DNA from: Octopus bimaculoides
Lineage: Eukaryota
DNA: 64,000 nt
NCBI RefSeq assembly: GCF_001194135.2
Contig: NC_068999.1
Coordinates: 36,904,554 to 36,968,553, forward strand
Direction: 5' to 3'
The position numbers and the translations under genes were made by a program. A model generated the notes under the pieces. It saw only the letters and a list, made by a program, of their open reading frames with translations. It made no database searches and was not told the origin of the DNA. Position 1 is the stretch's first letter, and every line of letters starts with the position of its first letter. Shown piece by piece: positions 13,210 through 27,068 of this stretch.

Positions 13210-13516
13210 GGGTCGAAACCGGACGTGGTTCCTCCTGATGATGTCTTGAGCTAACTGGATCCTATAAAGGAGCTGTTGTGGTAGCAGACCACGAAACATG
13301 GTTGAAATTCTTCAGAACATATCTCCTGACTTTTTATTTATGTATGTAATCACTGTTTTCTTTTTTCGGGGTTTTTTCCGATGCAGAATTTTTACTACCA
13401 AATACCCTTCCTGTCACCAACTCCTTTAGTTATCTCCCATGACATGTGAGCGCATGCACATGCACACACATACGCAGACACATACATGTGTGCGTGGAAA
13501 GACATAGAGAGTGCAC

Positions 13517-13524
13517 TATAAAAG
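13517..13524 (+). promoter_or_regulatory. Possible TATA box upstream of the STI1-like gene
   Basis: TATAAAAG about 310 nt upstream of ATG 13832, in a locally CpG-richer region. Confidence 0.3.
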
Positions 13525-13831
13525 GAACTTACTGGAGTGTTATAAGTAAAACAGACTTGCTATGAAAATGGGTATTTACGTAAAGTCATACCGATAAATT
13601 TTCCTCATCTCAATAATTTTAACGACGTGTAGTGCTTATATGTACACACACACACACACTGAATAAAATACGTTGATTTTATTCGAATACTCGAAAACAT
13701 TATTAACAAGCTAAGAGAGAGAGAGAGTTGTATGCAGTGTTCAGGAGAGATCCGGAACTATTTTACAGACGCAACTATATTTCAGCTACCACCGTCCCTG
13801 TAGATTTTCAAGCCGTCATTGGATGTAAATC

Positions 13832-13847
13832 ATGGCTGATGGTTCAG
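13832..13847 (+). CDS. Probable first coding exon (16 nt) of the STI1-like domain gene
   Basis: aaatcATG GCT GAT GGT TCA G|gtatgt: good start context, strong donor, phase 1 matching the acceptor at 36456 (MADGS-GDGAPLENMS). Confidence 0.6.
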
Positions 13848-14031
13848 GTATGTTTACAGTTTGTTCGCAAACATTTTGTCCTCCACACTCTCTCTTCTTG
13901 TTTCAGTCAGATATTTTATCATTATTAATATCCTACTTCAATCAATGCTGCAGCGATATTTATCGTCCTTCTTCTTAAAAGTTGGAACTTTTATGTCAAA
14001 AAACATACTCAATTTTTGTGTTATATTGGGT

Positions 14032-14079
<48 letters not shown>

Positions 14080-16815
14080 TGTGTTTTATATTCTGCTTTC
14101 GCGCCTCCTCCTACCTTCTCTTTCTCTCTCTCTCTTTTTATCCCATTTGCTCTAATCCTCCTCTTTCCTCTCTCTTTTTCACTCTCTCTCTCTCTCTTCC
14201 TTCCCCTTTTCGTTCTTATCCTTCTTTTTCACTCTTTACCTTTCCCCTTTTTATCCCCTTCTTTCTGTTATTGGAATTTTACATCTCCCTTCCCTTGTAT
14301 TTTTTATTTTGCCCTATCTCTTCTTTTCTTTATATTTCATTTTGATCTCTCCCTCTTTCTTCCTATCACCATATTCCGTCTTCTACTTTTTTTCTGACAT
14401 TACATTTTCGCAGTGCCTTTCTCTCGTGCCTCTCTCTATTGTTACTGTCTTTTTATCACATCTATCACTACTCTCTCTCTTGTTCATTTTGTTTTTCAAT
14501 TACATAGCGTCACTGTCACACCACCTTATTTTCCTTATACTCACGCATTTAAATATTTCTTAACTACTGTCTTTCCGTCACCTCTCATATTTTATCCACA
14601 AATAAAGACTGTCCACCAAATGCGGTGTTGAGCACTCGTTCTCACAGTTCGATACTATCGTGTGTGCGCACACACACACATACATAAAACATTGTTTTTC
14701 TCCGTAACGCACACTCTTTGTTTCTATTTTTCTCTGTTCTTTTCTATTTATCATTCTATCTGTCTTGCCGTTATTCAAATGTTCTCTTCACTGAACTATC
14801 TATTTATCTGTATCTCTTCTCCATTTTTATCTGTCTGTCTGTCTCTCCCCTTGTACTACAATTACTAATCCACCCTTTTTCTTTCTCTTAAAACGTATCA
14901 TCATGTCCCCTTCTCTCTCGCCATTACTTCCCCTATGTCTGTCTGTCTGTCATTCACCCTCTCTTTCTCTCTTTTATTAGGTCTCTTTTCCTTCATCTTG
15001 TCTTTCTCACATTAGTCTCTCTCTCTCTCTCTGCAATTTACCCGTCCCTCTCTCTTGTATCACTTGTCCCGTTATTCAGTTTATATTAATTTCTCCCATC
15101 CTGTATCTATTCAGTTTACCCACTCCTGCGAAATTGCTGGCCTTGTGCCAAAATTTGAAATATTCCTTCAGTATGTCTCTCACGACATCTCTCCTCTTAC
15201 TTATTTCTATGCATCTTACACTCGTCTTCCTCACTGTTATTAACTGTCCTTCCTCTCTGAGCTTCAATCCCATCTATACTTTAAACATCGCACCTCATTG
15301 ACACAGCTGATGAGACTGTTCTCTTAAATGGAGAACCGACCATAAAATGAGGGTCTGCTTTGTGATTATTATATTTACGTAGAATTGACACCCCAACTTT
15401 GTAGCCACTTAATCCCCTTCAGAAGAGATTTTGAAGTATAGTCTCACATGTATAGGGATGTGTGTTTTGTTTTTGCTCTCCTCCATTTCATTTTAATTTA
15501 TATTGTGCTTATTGTATATATTTCTATTTATTATGCGTAATATATATGGAAACGAGTGTGTACGTACACAGACAAGGGCTGGTCTGAAAGTAATAAAAAA
15601 GTGGGCATAACTTTTTTTAACTGACTCAGGTCGAATTGCACGTGTTGGTAGAATAACTCTTGCTCTAAGGTCCTACTAAACAGTCTCTATTTCAGGTGAT
15701 AAATATGTGCCATCATTTAACTCATTGGATCTCAACCATTTTTTTTTTTTTTTTTTGCCTATGGACCACCTTGATTTCCATTTTACTCGCGTAGATCTCC
15801 ATAGCCATTCATCTATATGAATGTGTGTCTGTGTGTGTATCTCTAAAACTTGAGAACTACACAAGCAATTTCATTCAAATTTTACATATGCCTTACTTAG
15901 GGTCCATGTAGTGCCATAGGCCCAAAATTTTTTTTAACTTCTTGCCTAGTACGAACCCAGAGCAATATCATATCTTCTCCATTATTTCAGTATTATCTGT
16001 CAAAAGTGAAACAATAACATTTCTCTATTGTAATGTCAGATATTTTCACTTTAGTAGCTTCACTTTACTATCGGAACTATTAAAGTGAAACTATTATATC
16101 ACATATACAGGCATACATATATGTGTGTGTGTGTGTGTGTGTACATCTGCACAAATATATATATATATATATAGCTGTATATGTATAGATATATGGATGT
16201 ATGTATGTGTGTGTGTGTGTGTGTGTGTACATATATATATTTATACACACATATATATATATATATATAGAGAGAGAGATGTGCATGTAATATGTACACA
16301 TATATACACCCATACACACACATACATACACACACACACATATATATACATAGGTGCAGGTGTGGCTGTGTGGTAAGAAACTTGGTTCCAAAACACATGG
16401 GCCTGGGTTCACTCCCACTGTGTGGTGACAGGGCATGTGTCTTCTGCTATAGCCTCAGACCAACCAAAGCTTTGTGAGTGGATTTCATAGACAGAAACTG
16501 AAAGAAATCAATCATATATATATGTATGTATATATGTAAGTGTATGTGTGTTTCTTTGTCTCTGTGTTTCTCCCTCATCACTGCTTCACAACTGCTGTTC
16601 GTTTATTTACATCCCCATAACTTACTCCTTTGACAAGAAGAAACTGATAGAATAAGTACCAAGCTTATCAAAATAAAAAAAAAAAGCACTAGGCAATGTC
16701 TCAAATTTTTGTTTGCCCACTCAGTTGTATCTATCAATCTATCGTTTTGTGTGTATGTGTATGTATATTATATAATACACACACATATACATGTATGTAT
16801 ATGTGCATATTCATA

Positions 16816-18501
16816 TCTATTATATAAAAGTCAATGTCTTTATGTTTGTGTTACTTATACATTCGAAAACTACTGCACCGATCCTCATGAAATTTGGAAC
16901 ACAAAATCCAAGCATAGGGAGAAGGGTAATGCTGTGTGCTTCATACAATTTCATGGACCAAAATTACTGAATGAATCCTTATGATATTTGGAGCTTAGAT
17001 TCAATGCATAAGGGTGGGTATAATGCAATATGTTTGGTTTAAATTTGAGATGGCTTAAACGGAGCAGAACCCCCATAAAAATTGATAAATTTTCAATGTT
17101 GATAAAATTTCAACCATGGGTAATTGACACACATCAAGAAGTATTCTCAAAGTTTCCACTTCTCATGAGAATTCTAAGACCCCCCCCCCCCCTAGTGGGG
17201 GCCTTAACTCTCAAATTTTAGTCATTTTTTATGATCCAAATCTAGGTCAAAAGTACTGAATGGATCTTTATGAAATTTGGAAATTATATTCTATGCATAA
17301 GGGCCATAACCCCCATGAAAATTCATATTTTTGCTGTTGATGTAATTTTAACCATAGATATTAGACACAAATGAAGTAATATTTCTAAAATTTCATCTTC
17401 TTAGAAGTTAGAAAGACCCTTTCATGGGGACTTAACACCCACAATTTAGTCATTTTATCTAAGCAAAGACGAATACAGTTGTACTCTTGGAAGCTGTAGG
17501 TCACCCAAGCATAAAAGATGAGCATTATTTGTAATACAATGGTACAACAGTGTAAGAGTTTGCTTTGAGATCTACTTAGATTGTGATTTCTGCAATATGG
17601 TGCATAAATTGTCAAGTAAATGAGAGGCATCTTTCCCTCCACTGATTCATTTGCAAAGTGTTCAGTAAAGTTATTTGGTTGCAGACCTCCTTTGAGTCTT
17701 TTTATTATTACTCGGTCACACATAGTCCCCCGATGGTAACATTGATTTCAAGTCCTTCCCAGATGATTGACTGGTTATTGAAAGACATTTATAGATTGTA
17801 AATTTATTCTGTCCAGTTACCTATCGGTATAGTGGTCATTTGCAAACTCCAGAGGTGACACTTTCATTTCTCCTTAGCCCTCACGTCCCACAGTTGTTAA
17901 TGTTTTTGAGTTGGGTCACACCCTTCCAATTGCTATAGATCCGTAATGCATCTTATGACTGTGCCTGTCACCTGTATGGTGAAGAATCCAACATTGGTAG
18001 TGGTAACGACTAGGGTAGGGTAGCTGATTGCTTATTGTGATCAGTCGTCGTTTGGTTTCCTGTAGCTTTGCTCTTTTTTACAAACCCAGTGAACATGCAT
18101 ATATTTCCTATTTCAAAGAAATTCAAACAATAGATATAAGAGCCAAGTTACAAAGATTCTCAACAATTCAACTTCTCTGGTTGACATTAAGTCACCCTCC
18201 CCCAGTAGGGGCCTTAACTCCCACATTTTAGAGCTCCATGACCTCCATTTTTCAGGAGCAAAATCCTTTTAACAGGTTCCATAAGACTGGAATTTTGGAA
18301 TCTGCGCATAAAGATCAGTAGTATGGGATACATGTGTCATGATTAGAATTTTTTTAGGGTGTGTAAAGAGGGAAAGAATGCTCATTTGCAATTTTGATGA
18401 AATTCGAACCATAGTAAAACCAGTTCATTAGAGAAAATCTAACAGAAAAGTCTAATTCTTCAATTGCATGTCACACGGGCAACGCTGGGTATCTCTGCTA
18501 C
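16816..18501 (+). mobile_element. Non-autonomous Helitron-type element
   Basis: A|TCTATTATATAAAAG 5' end; 3' end cacgggcaacgctgggtatctctgCTAC|T (GC hairpin plus degenerate CTAG); internal repeated ccccc..agtgggggccttaactc modules. Confidence 0.65.
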
Positions 18502-19190
18502 TTGTATATAAAGAGATCCTACTGTATTTTTATGATTAAATATCATTAGAAATTGTATAAAAAAAAAATTTTGATATTTTGTGTATTGTAGAAGTATAGC
18601 CAATTTATTACAAATAAATTTTAACAACAAAATCTTATATGAACCCTGGTTGAGAACAACTGATTTAGCTCAAATCTGAAATACACTTTGAAAAAAAAAT
18701 CAGATCTGCACTGTTGTACCTACTTCGTAGTCACTGTCATCTTGGGTGTGTTATCAAACTGCTGTCCCTGAAGACTGTCCTTCATTGGACCAAACAGGTG
18801 GACATTGGTGCCATTCCAGGCTGTATGGTGGATTGGGAATCATTGATTACCTGATTTGCTATGAAAGATGTGTGGCTGTGCATTGCCTTGATGAATCTAG
18901 ATTATCTTCAGATTCTTGTTTCAACAATTCCTCTTTTAAGGTTTTTCTAAGCTCTTGGAGTGACCCATGTTGGCATGGGTTGGATAGGAGTTTTTAAGGC
19001 AACATTATGTGGCTGGATCAGATACCTTTCTTGATGCCAACCCTATTAAATCTTTGTAATTTCAAAATCCTTTTCTAGTAATGAATGTATAAAGCAAGAG
19101 ATTTCAAACTCCTGTTCATTATCGTCTTCCAGGCTATAACAGATTAGTTTAAAACCGCTTGCTCATTTGAATCCATATATGCTGATGACA

Positions 19191-19555
19191 GTGGAGGCGC
19201 AATGGCCCAGTGGTTAGGGCAGCAGACTCGCGGTCATAGGATCGCGGTTTCGATTCCCAGACCGGGCATTGTGAGTGTTTATTGAGCGAAAACACCTAAA
19301 TCTCTACGAGTCTCCGGCAGGGGATGGTGGTGAACCCTGCTGAACTCTTTTTCACCACAACTTTCTCTCACTCTTACTTCCTGTTTCTGTTGTGCCTGTA
19401 ATTCAAAGGGTCAGCCTTGTCACACTGTGTCACCCTGAATATCCCCGAGAACTACGTTAAGGGTACACGTGTCTGTGGAGTGCTCAGCCATTTGCACGTT
19501 AATTTCACGAGCAGGCTGTTCCGTTGATCGGATCAACTGGGACCCTCGACGGAGT
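19191..19555 (+). mobile_element. SINE family C, tRNA-derived (Octopus OR/OK-like)
   Basis: ggaggcgcaatggcccagtggttaggg...ggtttcgattccc A and B boxes; near-identical inverted copy at 40806-41177. Confidence 0.85.
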
Positions 19556-20324
19556 GCCATGCTGATGACAGTTCTTAAAATTGAACCTGCAGCAGATTTT
19601 TGAAAATCCAGATATAGAAGCAAAACCTGGAATTGAGTACCCTCAGAGTGAAATTTACACAGATTACACTTTTAATGGCAGTGAGCTGGCAGAATTGTTA
19701 GCTCACTCGGTGAATTGCTTAGAAGTAATTTCATCCATTTTTACATTCTGAGTTCAAATTCTGCCATGGTTGACTTTGCTTTTCATCTTTTTGGGGTTGA
19801 TAAATAGGTACCAGTTGAATACTGGGATGAATGTTATCGACTGAACTACCCCTGGGAATAAGTATATAAACTGTTTCCCTCTGCCAAGCCTTTTTGAGCC
19901 AGTATGGCAGAGTAGGCTCAACAAACCAGTATGATCTCGAGCCATTCTCTGGTGGAGAGAACATGCTGAGAAGGCCTTCATCCTGTAGTGGACTGAGCAT
20001 GGGCAATCCAATCAAGTCCAACAGTTTTAATAAGTAGAAAAGAAGAGTGAACTACTCTGCTTCCATGAGAGGGCATTGTTCACATGGGAAATGCTTGGTA
20101 TTTACAAACACTGCTGTCTATTCCATTTTCTGGTGAGAATAAAGTCTGTCTGACACGTGTGCTCACCTGACTGGTAGGTGATCAGGTGGCATTGGCTCCT
20201 TTCCTCAAATTCATACCGCAATGTTGAGGTCGTTTGAATCACATCCCAGCATTCTTCCCCATTCTTTGTATCATACCCATACCCTTAATGCACACCATAG
20301 AAGTCATTGTGGTGTTGCCTAATA

Positions 20325-20541
20325 CAAGGGGGTGCTGAAAAGTTCCTGGCTTTAAGGGTATCATGAAAGACCTTGTTGGAGGCCTACTCTTGCAAATTCT
20401 TTTGCAGAAATTAGAAAAACTGAAAAACTGCTGCAATAAGTGTGTGAATCTGAGAGGGGAACATGTTGAATGAAGCTATAATTAACTGATTTTCCTGTAT
20501 TTTCTTTTACCCAAAGCCAGGAACTTTTCAACATCCCTTCA
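20325..20541 (+). mobile_element. Mariner MITE / internal deletion
   Basis: TIRs aagggggtgctgaaaagttcctggcttt / aaagccaggaacttttcaacatccctt; internal LEKLKNCCNKCVNLRGEHVE* resembles a mariner transposase C-terminus. Confidence 0.75.
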
Positions 20542-22954
20542 CTTATCCATTAATGCAATCGGCCAAGGTAATGGGGCCACTATCATTTTTTTTTTATTGA
20601 GGTGCATATGCAGAGATAACTGTCACTGTTTTTTTCTTTCCCCTATGGACTAGCCTAAACATAATTATTTCATCACTTACTCAAACTACTTCAGTTACTT
20701 TGTTTATTTGTTTTTTCTGCTAACAGTCTGCCAATATTTATCTTCTGCTTGTTTCAGTCATTAGACTGCAGCCATGCTGGAGCACTGCGTTGAGGAATTT
20801 TAGTTCAATGAATTGAACCCAGAGCTTATTTTTTTTCCGTAGAGCCTGGTACTTATTGTATCAATTCTTTTGCCAAACCACTGAGTTATGGAGGCATAAA
20901 TACACCACCAGTTGTCAATTGGTGGTGGGGGACANNNNNNNNNNNNNNNNNNNNNNNNNNNNNNNNNNNNNNNNNNNNNNNNNNNNNNNNNNNNNNNNNN
21001 NNNNNNNNNNNNNNNNNNNNNNNNNNNNNNNNNNNNNNNNNNNNNNNNNNNNNNNNNNNNNNNNNNNNNNNNNNNNNNNNNNTGCTGTGCTTGAGAAGAT
21101 GTGTCAAGCTTAGTAAGATAGCTGCCATCCATACATAGAGGTTTGTCCTTCACAAATACCAGTGCTGTATAAACACACCCTCGCCAATGGCATGTAGAAA
21201 GCACTCAGCACACTCTGTAAAGTGGTAGACGTAAGGAAGGGCATCCAGCCATAGAAATCATGCCACAACAGACAATTGGAGTTTGGACAGCTCCCAGCTC
21301 TCTGGTTGACCAGTTCTTGTCAAACTGTCCAACCCATACCAGCATTAAAAAAAGGACATTAAACGATGATGATGATGATATATATGCAATGGGCTACTTT
21401 ATTTCCATCTACCTAATCCACTCACAAGTTTTTGATCAGCCCAAGGCTACAGTAGAAGACACTTGCCCAAGGTGCCATGCAGTATGACTGAACCCAGAAC
21501 CATGTGGTTGAGATGCAAACTTCTTACCACACGGTCACACCTGCACTTATTTAAACACATATTATAAAATACAGATGTGGGTTAGTGCCATGGGCAGCCT
21601 GACATTTTCCATCCAAGCATATTTTATTGGCCAGTATTTTCACACTATTATCTATAACTTTGTGTTCCACCATTAAAGACGATTTATTTCACTTTTGAAG
21701 CTTCTAAATTCTTATAACGTAAAAAACGAAAAATAATATTGAAATAAGGGAAGCAACTCAAAAAAGCCAGTGTCATTAATTGAAAATAAAAACAAATGCG
21801 TGTGTATGTACCAATTGATTTACATAAAACATTTGTAATGAATAGAAATATTCCTCTTTATTTAAGAAAGAAAACAAAAACCTAGTGGAGTGGCATTTTT
21901 TAGTGACCCACAATCAAAAGGGGAGGTAATTTCAACAAATTAGAATTTAATTAGAAAATAAAATTAATTCTCATGCTTGAAGCAAAATTTGATTTATGTT
22001 TACTGCATACATCATTCAAGACCATCAGCCATTTCAAGGTAGGTTTATGAAAGCAAGTACATTCCAGACAATTGCTAATTCACTATCTATTTCAGCTGAA
22101 TGGTATGCTTGTGGTGAGAATAGAGTGAGTGTGTGCTGCACTTTCATTGTATAGTTAATGTGTGTGTGTGGGGGGTGAGGTGCAGGTAGTAATGTAATGG
22201 TGGTGTTGGTGGAGCAGAAGCGAAAGCAAGAGCTTGGTAGAAAGAGAGCTGTGGGTGTGTGTGTGAGAGAGAGAGAACCCAAATACAGACACACATACAC
22301 CACACACACACACACACACACATGTATAATGTGTGTACAGGTGAGTGTAATGAGAGAGATTTTGGAATGTAAGCTCAAAACCTATACCCCACACATACTT
22401 ACACATACACAAATACACACATACGGAAAAAGTTCCAATGGAAAGTATGTTTATAAACATTTGGACAGAAATCAACCAAGAAATCAATTAATTTAATATT
22501 ATTTCTTTGAAATTATCTGAGCATGCAGGAAAGACTATTTTTGTTTGAATAGTTCAGACATTTTGTGTTATTCAGTGAAATATGAAGGTATTCTGCTAAC
22601 TGCAAGCATTAGTTCATAGGAAAGGTTTTGTTAGATAGGGTTAAATTTTATTTATTTATTTTTGCTGGAATACTAGACTAATTTTACCTAACACTAGAAA
22701 TTGGTTTATTATATAGTTAGAACAACATAAAATGCTTATGTGGGATACTAGAGTAAACATATAAGATTAACACTGGATAGTGGTTTTTGTAATGTAGATA
22801 ATAGTTTACTGGAATACTTCAGTAGTTATTATATTTTTAACATCAGACAAGGATTTAATTAAATATTGTGGTAATTATTCAGTGTTAGCACTAAATATTG
22901 GTCGAGCATAATTGTAGGGTAACATTGTGTTTTCAGTTTCAGTCGCTGTTTTAA

Positions 22955-23136
22955 CCCATTAACATTTAAACTGGCCACATCCAGCCCAAATATTTTACCT
23001 ACTTTATGTTCAAAGTTGCCAGATCTGATCTCTCATACCTTCTCTACAATGTCCTTATAAAAATATACAACCACATCATTGAAATCTGTCGATAAATAAG
23101 CATTACATTTGACAGAGTAATCTGAATGCTAAAGGG
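22955..23136. mobile_element. piggyBac-like MITE; related copies at 31111-31327 and 33716-33930, other family at 24621-24825
   Basis: TTAA|CCC...GGG|TTAA; termini cccwttarcatt / aatgctaaaggg; shared tttgacagagtaatctgaatgct. Confidence 0.7.
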
Positions 23137-23815
23137 TTAATGGATTACTTGATAAATATGTATTGCTAATATCAAACATGGATTAACTATTTTGCTGTTT
23201 ATATTATACCAGTTTAATCTCTGTGCTTCATAGCTACTACTATGAAACAATTGATGTTCGTATTTGTAATAAGCAGGTATAGATGTAATAGACATGTTAT
23301 GCTAATGTTTCACTCCTGCTTTTTGTCTATTAGTTTCCCACCAACTGCGTTATGCTTTTAACACTATTGATACTGTCAGAATGAATGGTATTGCCCAGGT
23401 GTCGAAACCATAATGATATGCATTAGGCAACTGATGATAGAAGTATATGTTTGATTTGCATGTTGTCTGTGAATTTTTTTAAAAGTTGTCCTTCATTCTG
23501 TTTGGATCGAACTTGTTAAAGGATTCTTGGTTTTTAGTGTGGTTTTGTTGCTTATATTATTCCATACTTTAAGGTGACAAGCTGGTGGAATCACTAGCAC
23601 TCCAGACAAAACGCTTAGCAGCATTTCTTCTTCATATTCTGAATTCAAATTCCGCTGAGGTCAGCTTTGCCTTTCATCCTTTTGAGGTTAACTAAGTACC
23701 AGTTAAGCACTAGGATCAATATAATCCACTAGCTCTCTCCCCACAAAACTTCAGGCCTTGTGCATATAGCAGAAAGGATTATACCATATATTGATATTAC
23801 ATGAATGCCCTTCAC

Positions 23816-24211
23816 TGGGGAATTTCAACCATGTTTCGTGGTCTGCTACCACAACAGCTCCTTTATAGGATCCAGTTAGCTCAAGACATCATCAGGAGGA
23901 ACCACGTCCGGTTGCGGCCCCTACTCCTCTACCGTTTTGACGTGGCGGGGCCCCACCTTTCGGAGGTGTCTTCAGCTCTGGTGCTGGGTGCATGTCTTCT
24001 TTCTTCTATTCCCTGGCCTCTTTGATGCAGCATCAACGAGTGTCAGCGTCCGACTGACTGTCTTGTCAAATTCCCCTTTTTATACCTGCTGCTAGGCTCC
24101 AGCAGGCTGCCCCACTGGGATTCTAATTATGGCTAGAGTGATTCTTACTTAAGAGTTCACAGAGGTTTTGTTGCGTATAATATTAATTAGGTTAAGTACA
24201 TAATGTTAACA
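23816..24211 (-). mobile_element. LTR-like or pseudo-LTR repeat; partial inverted copy at 13210-13318
   Basis: - strand starts TGTTAACA and has TATAAAAAGGGG, TCAGT, then CTGATGA...CGAAAC; about 90 nt identical between the two copies; no convincing TSD. Confidence 0.55.
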
Positions 24212-24336
24212 CTGAGTGTGAGTATTAAACTGGGATAACTCCATATTTTCAGTCAGTGACAAATATTGGGTTAATGAATAAGAAATTAGTTTAGTAAAAT
24301 ATTGGAGTAACAAACAGTATTTAGTTGACTTTAGGC

Positions 24337-24592
24337 CAGTGGTTCTCAACTGGGGACCACATGACCCTTGGGGGGTCCATATAAGATTTTGTTCAAATTT
24401 ATGTGCAATAAATTTTCTTATACTTTTGCAATACATAAAGTATTTGAATAATTTTTTTATGCACTTCCTAATAATATTTAATTATAAGACTGTAATAGAA
24501 TTTTTTAAACATCAAATGGCTATAGGGGTCCACCAAAGTAAATAGGAATCAAAGGGGTCTAGAAGGTTTTAAAAAATGGTTGAAAACCACTG
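24337..24592. mobile_element. hAT (Charlie-like) MITE; partial copy at 1-187
   Basis: TIRs CAGTGGTTCTCAAC / GTTGAAAACCACTG; 8-bp flanks CTTTAGGC / CTCCAGGC. Confidence 0.8.
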
Positions 24593-25351
24593 CTCCAGGC
24601 AATGGATGAGAGTGGTTTAACCCTTTTGTTACTGTATTTATTTTGAGATGCTCAGTTTCTTTCAATTATTTTGAATATAACATAAAATTTAGTAAAATAA
24701 CTTAGTTCTCATTAAGTTAGTGTTAGGAATATAAATTGTTACTAATGTTTGGTAGAAGATTTTGAAAACAAGACATTTGTACTACAGTATCAGAGCCAGT
24801 TTCAGCTGGGTTGGTAATGAAGGGGTTAAGATTTAATCACAATGATCTGACAGCTATTACTGTCAGCTGAACTGAAATTTGAAGCAGGGCCTGATTAGTC
24901 AGGCATCTGGTTGAATTGATTAGTGAACTGTGATATACGATTGATCAGTTTGATCTGGCAGCTGGTTGAACTCACTGGTGGATTATCGACTCAGATTGAT
25001 CAGTTTCATCTGATTGGTGAACTAAGACTGATCTGGCAGCTGGTTGAACTGACAGGTGGGCTATGATATAAGATTGTTCTTACAGTTGGTTGAATTGATT
25101 GATTGGTGTACTGTAGTCTAAGATTAATCTGACAGATGACTGAACTATTTGCAATGGCGAGTAAAATGGTTTTTACTGGAAACCCAGTGAAAACCTGATG
25201 AGTTTTGAACCTGTCTCTCATTAACAGGTAGGTAAGTCAGTACTCTACCCATCTTTTCATGAGCAGACTATTAAATATTGAGCCACCTCACACTGTCCAC
25301 TTTTCATAATTGGAAAAACCTTACCTACCTACATAAGTCACAGGTTCCCGC

Positions 25352-25408
25352 TACCTCTAAAACCACTAAAAACAGTTCTTCTCTAAAACCACTAAAAACA
25401 GTTCTTCT
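25352..25408 (+). repeat. 26-nt tandem duplication
   Basis: ctctaaaaccactaaaaacagttctt twice. Confidence 0.8.
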
Positions 25409-25671
25409 TTAAGTATTGTTACCACCTCTATAAAGGTGGCAAGCTGACATAAACGTTAGCACGTCAGGCTAAATGCTTAGCACATTTCATCCTTCTTTAT
25501 GTTCTGTTTTGAAATTCCACTGAGTTCAGCTTTGCCTCTCATCCTTTCAGGGTTGATAAAATAAATACCAGTTGAGCACTGAGGTCAATGTAATTGACTT
25601 GGGCTCTCTCACAAACTTGCTGGCCTTGTGCTAAAATTTGAAGGCATTATTACCACCACTACCACCGTCAG

Positions 25672-25704
<33 letters not shown>

Positions 25705-26071
25705 ATTCTATAACCTGTTATTTATGAGTTGAAAAGACAGAAAAAAAAAAAGAGGGCACGCCATTAAATATTTACAAAAGAAAAGAATTATTATTCTCAA
25801 CATTAAACTAACAAACGGAACAAAAGACCAAAGAAATTAAAAATATTTGAAAAGGAAAAAAAATAACTGCCTCTGAAAAGATTTTGGTACTTCACATATG
25901 TGAATGATTTGACATGAAAACCTGATAATAAGGGTACATTACAATTATGCCATGTCAGAAAGATTGTTGAATAACTAGCTTTTAGAGAGTCTACTTCCTG
26001 CCTCTTCTTATTTATTGCTTTATGTACCACCTACCTATCTACATCTGTCTGTATCAACCGGTCTGTTTATC

Positions 26072-26112
<41 letters not shown>

Positions 26113-26847
26113 GTCCCTCTTTCTCTTCCTCTCTCCCTCACTCCTGTTTATCTGTATCTGTCCATCCATCCATCCATCTATGAAAATGCACATCTATCTG
26201 TCTGTCAGTCTATCTATCCATCTATCTGTCCTATCTATCTATCTATTTACGATCCCTATTGATCGCTATTTTTTTTCTCTCGATCCCTTTTGATCGAACT
26301 CCCCCCTTTTTTCCTTCCTACGATCCCTTTTGATCGACACCCACCCCCCTACTTTTTTCCCCTTCCTCCTCCCAAAAAGAAAAGCTCTACATTGTATTTG
26401 TCCCATCTTTGTTGAGCCCTGTGTGGCTAATAAAAGGAATGTATCTATCTATCTAGCTATCTCCGTGTTTGCGTGTGTACTCGGAGTACTGACGAATTTG
26501 AATCAAACTGTTTTGATCCATAGGTGTGACTCCCAGTAAATGTGTTGAGTGCCCTTGTTTGCATGTATATATATATATATATATATCTTACTCTAATGGG
26601 TGTTATCTCCGTCTGTCTGTCTGTTCCCTTTTCACGGTCAAACAGCTGGACCAATGGTCACGATTGTTTTTTGGATTTACAAAGGAGGTAATCTGGAAGG
26701 CTTTTAGTGAAAAAAAATGTGAAAAAAGTATGATTATTTAGTGGATATTGAGTTTTGTATTAATAAATTACCTTTGATTTTTTTTTTTCTGTTAAAATTC
26801 CAGCGACCAGTATTAACTCTGGATTTCTCCCCATATANNNNNNNNNN

Positions 26848-27068
26848 GGCAGGAACGTTAGCACGCCGGGTGAAATGCTTAACAGTATTTCGTCTGCCGC
26901 TGCGTTTTGAGTTCAAATTCCGCCGTGGTCGACTTAGCCTTTCATCCTTTCGGGGTCGATAAATTAAGTACCAGTTACGCACTGGGGTCGATGTAATCGA
27001 CTTAATCCGTTTGTCTGTCCTTGTTTGTCCCCTCTGTGTGTAGCCCCTTGTGGGTAGTAAAGAAATAA
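26848..27068 (+). mobile_element. SINE family B; copies include 19676-19850, 23575-23780, 25435-25650, tandem pairs 39770-40200 (+), 41500-41942 and 46510-46965 (-)
   Basis: Shared gagttcaaattccgccgaggtcgactttgcctttcatcctttcggggtcgataaattaagtacc core with a B-box-like motif. Confidence 0.85.

Noticed and set aside
12412-13299. Long ORFs spanning N gaps (also 28237-28776, 38903-39470, 41867-42878, 48366-49325, 54478-54874)
   Set aside because: Artefacts of N runs and (AT)n/(CA)n; not coding
19191-19265. tRNA gene (also 2805-2880, 57028-57095)
   Set aside because: A/B boxes continue into SINE body; no complete cloverleaf
23385-23445. GAAAC...CTGATGA in permuted order
   Set aside because: No NUH at the stem III junction and no stem I or II pairing
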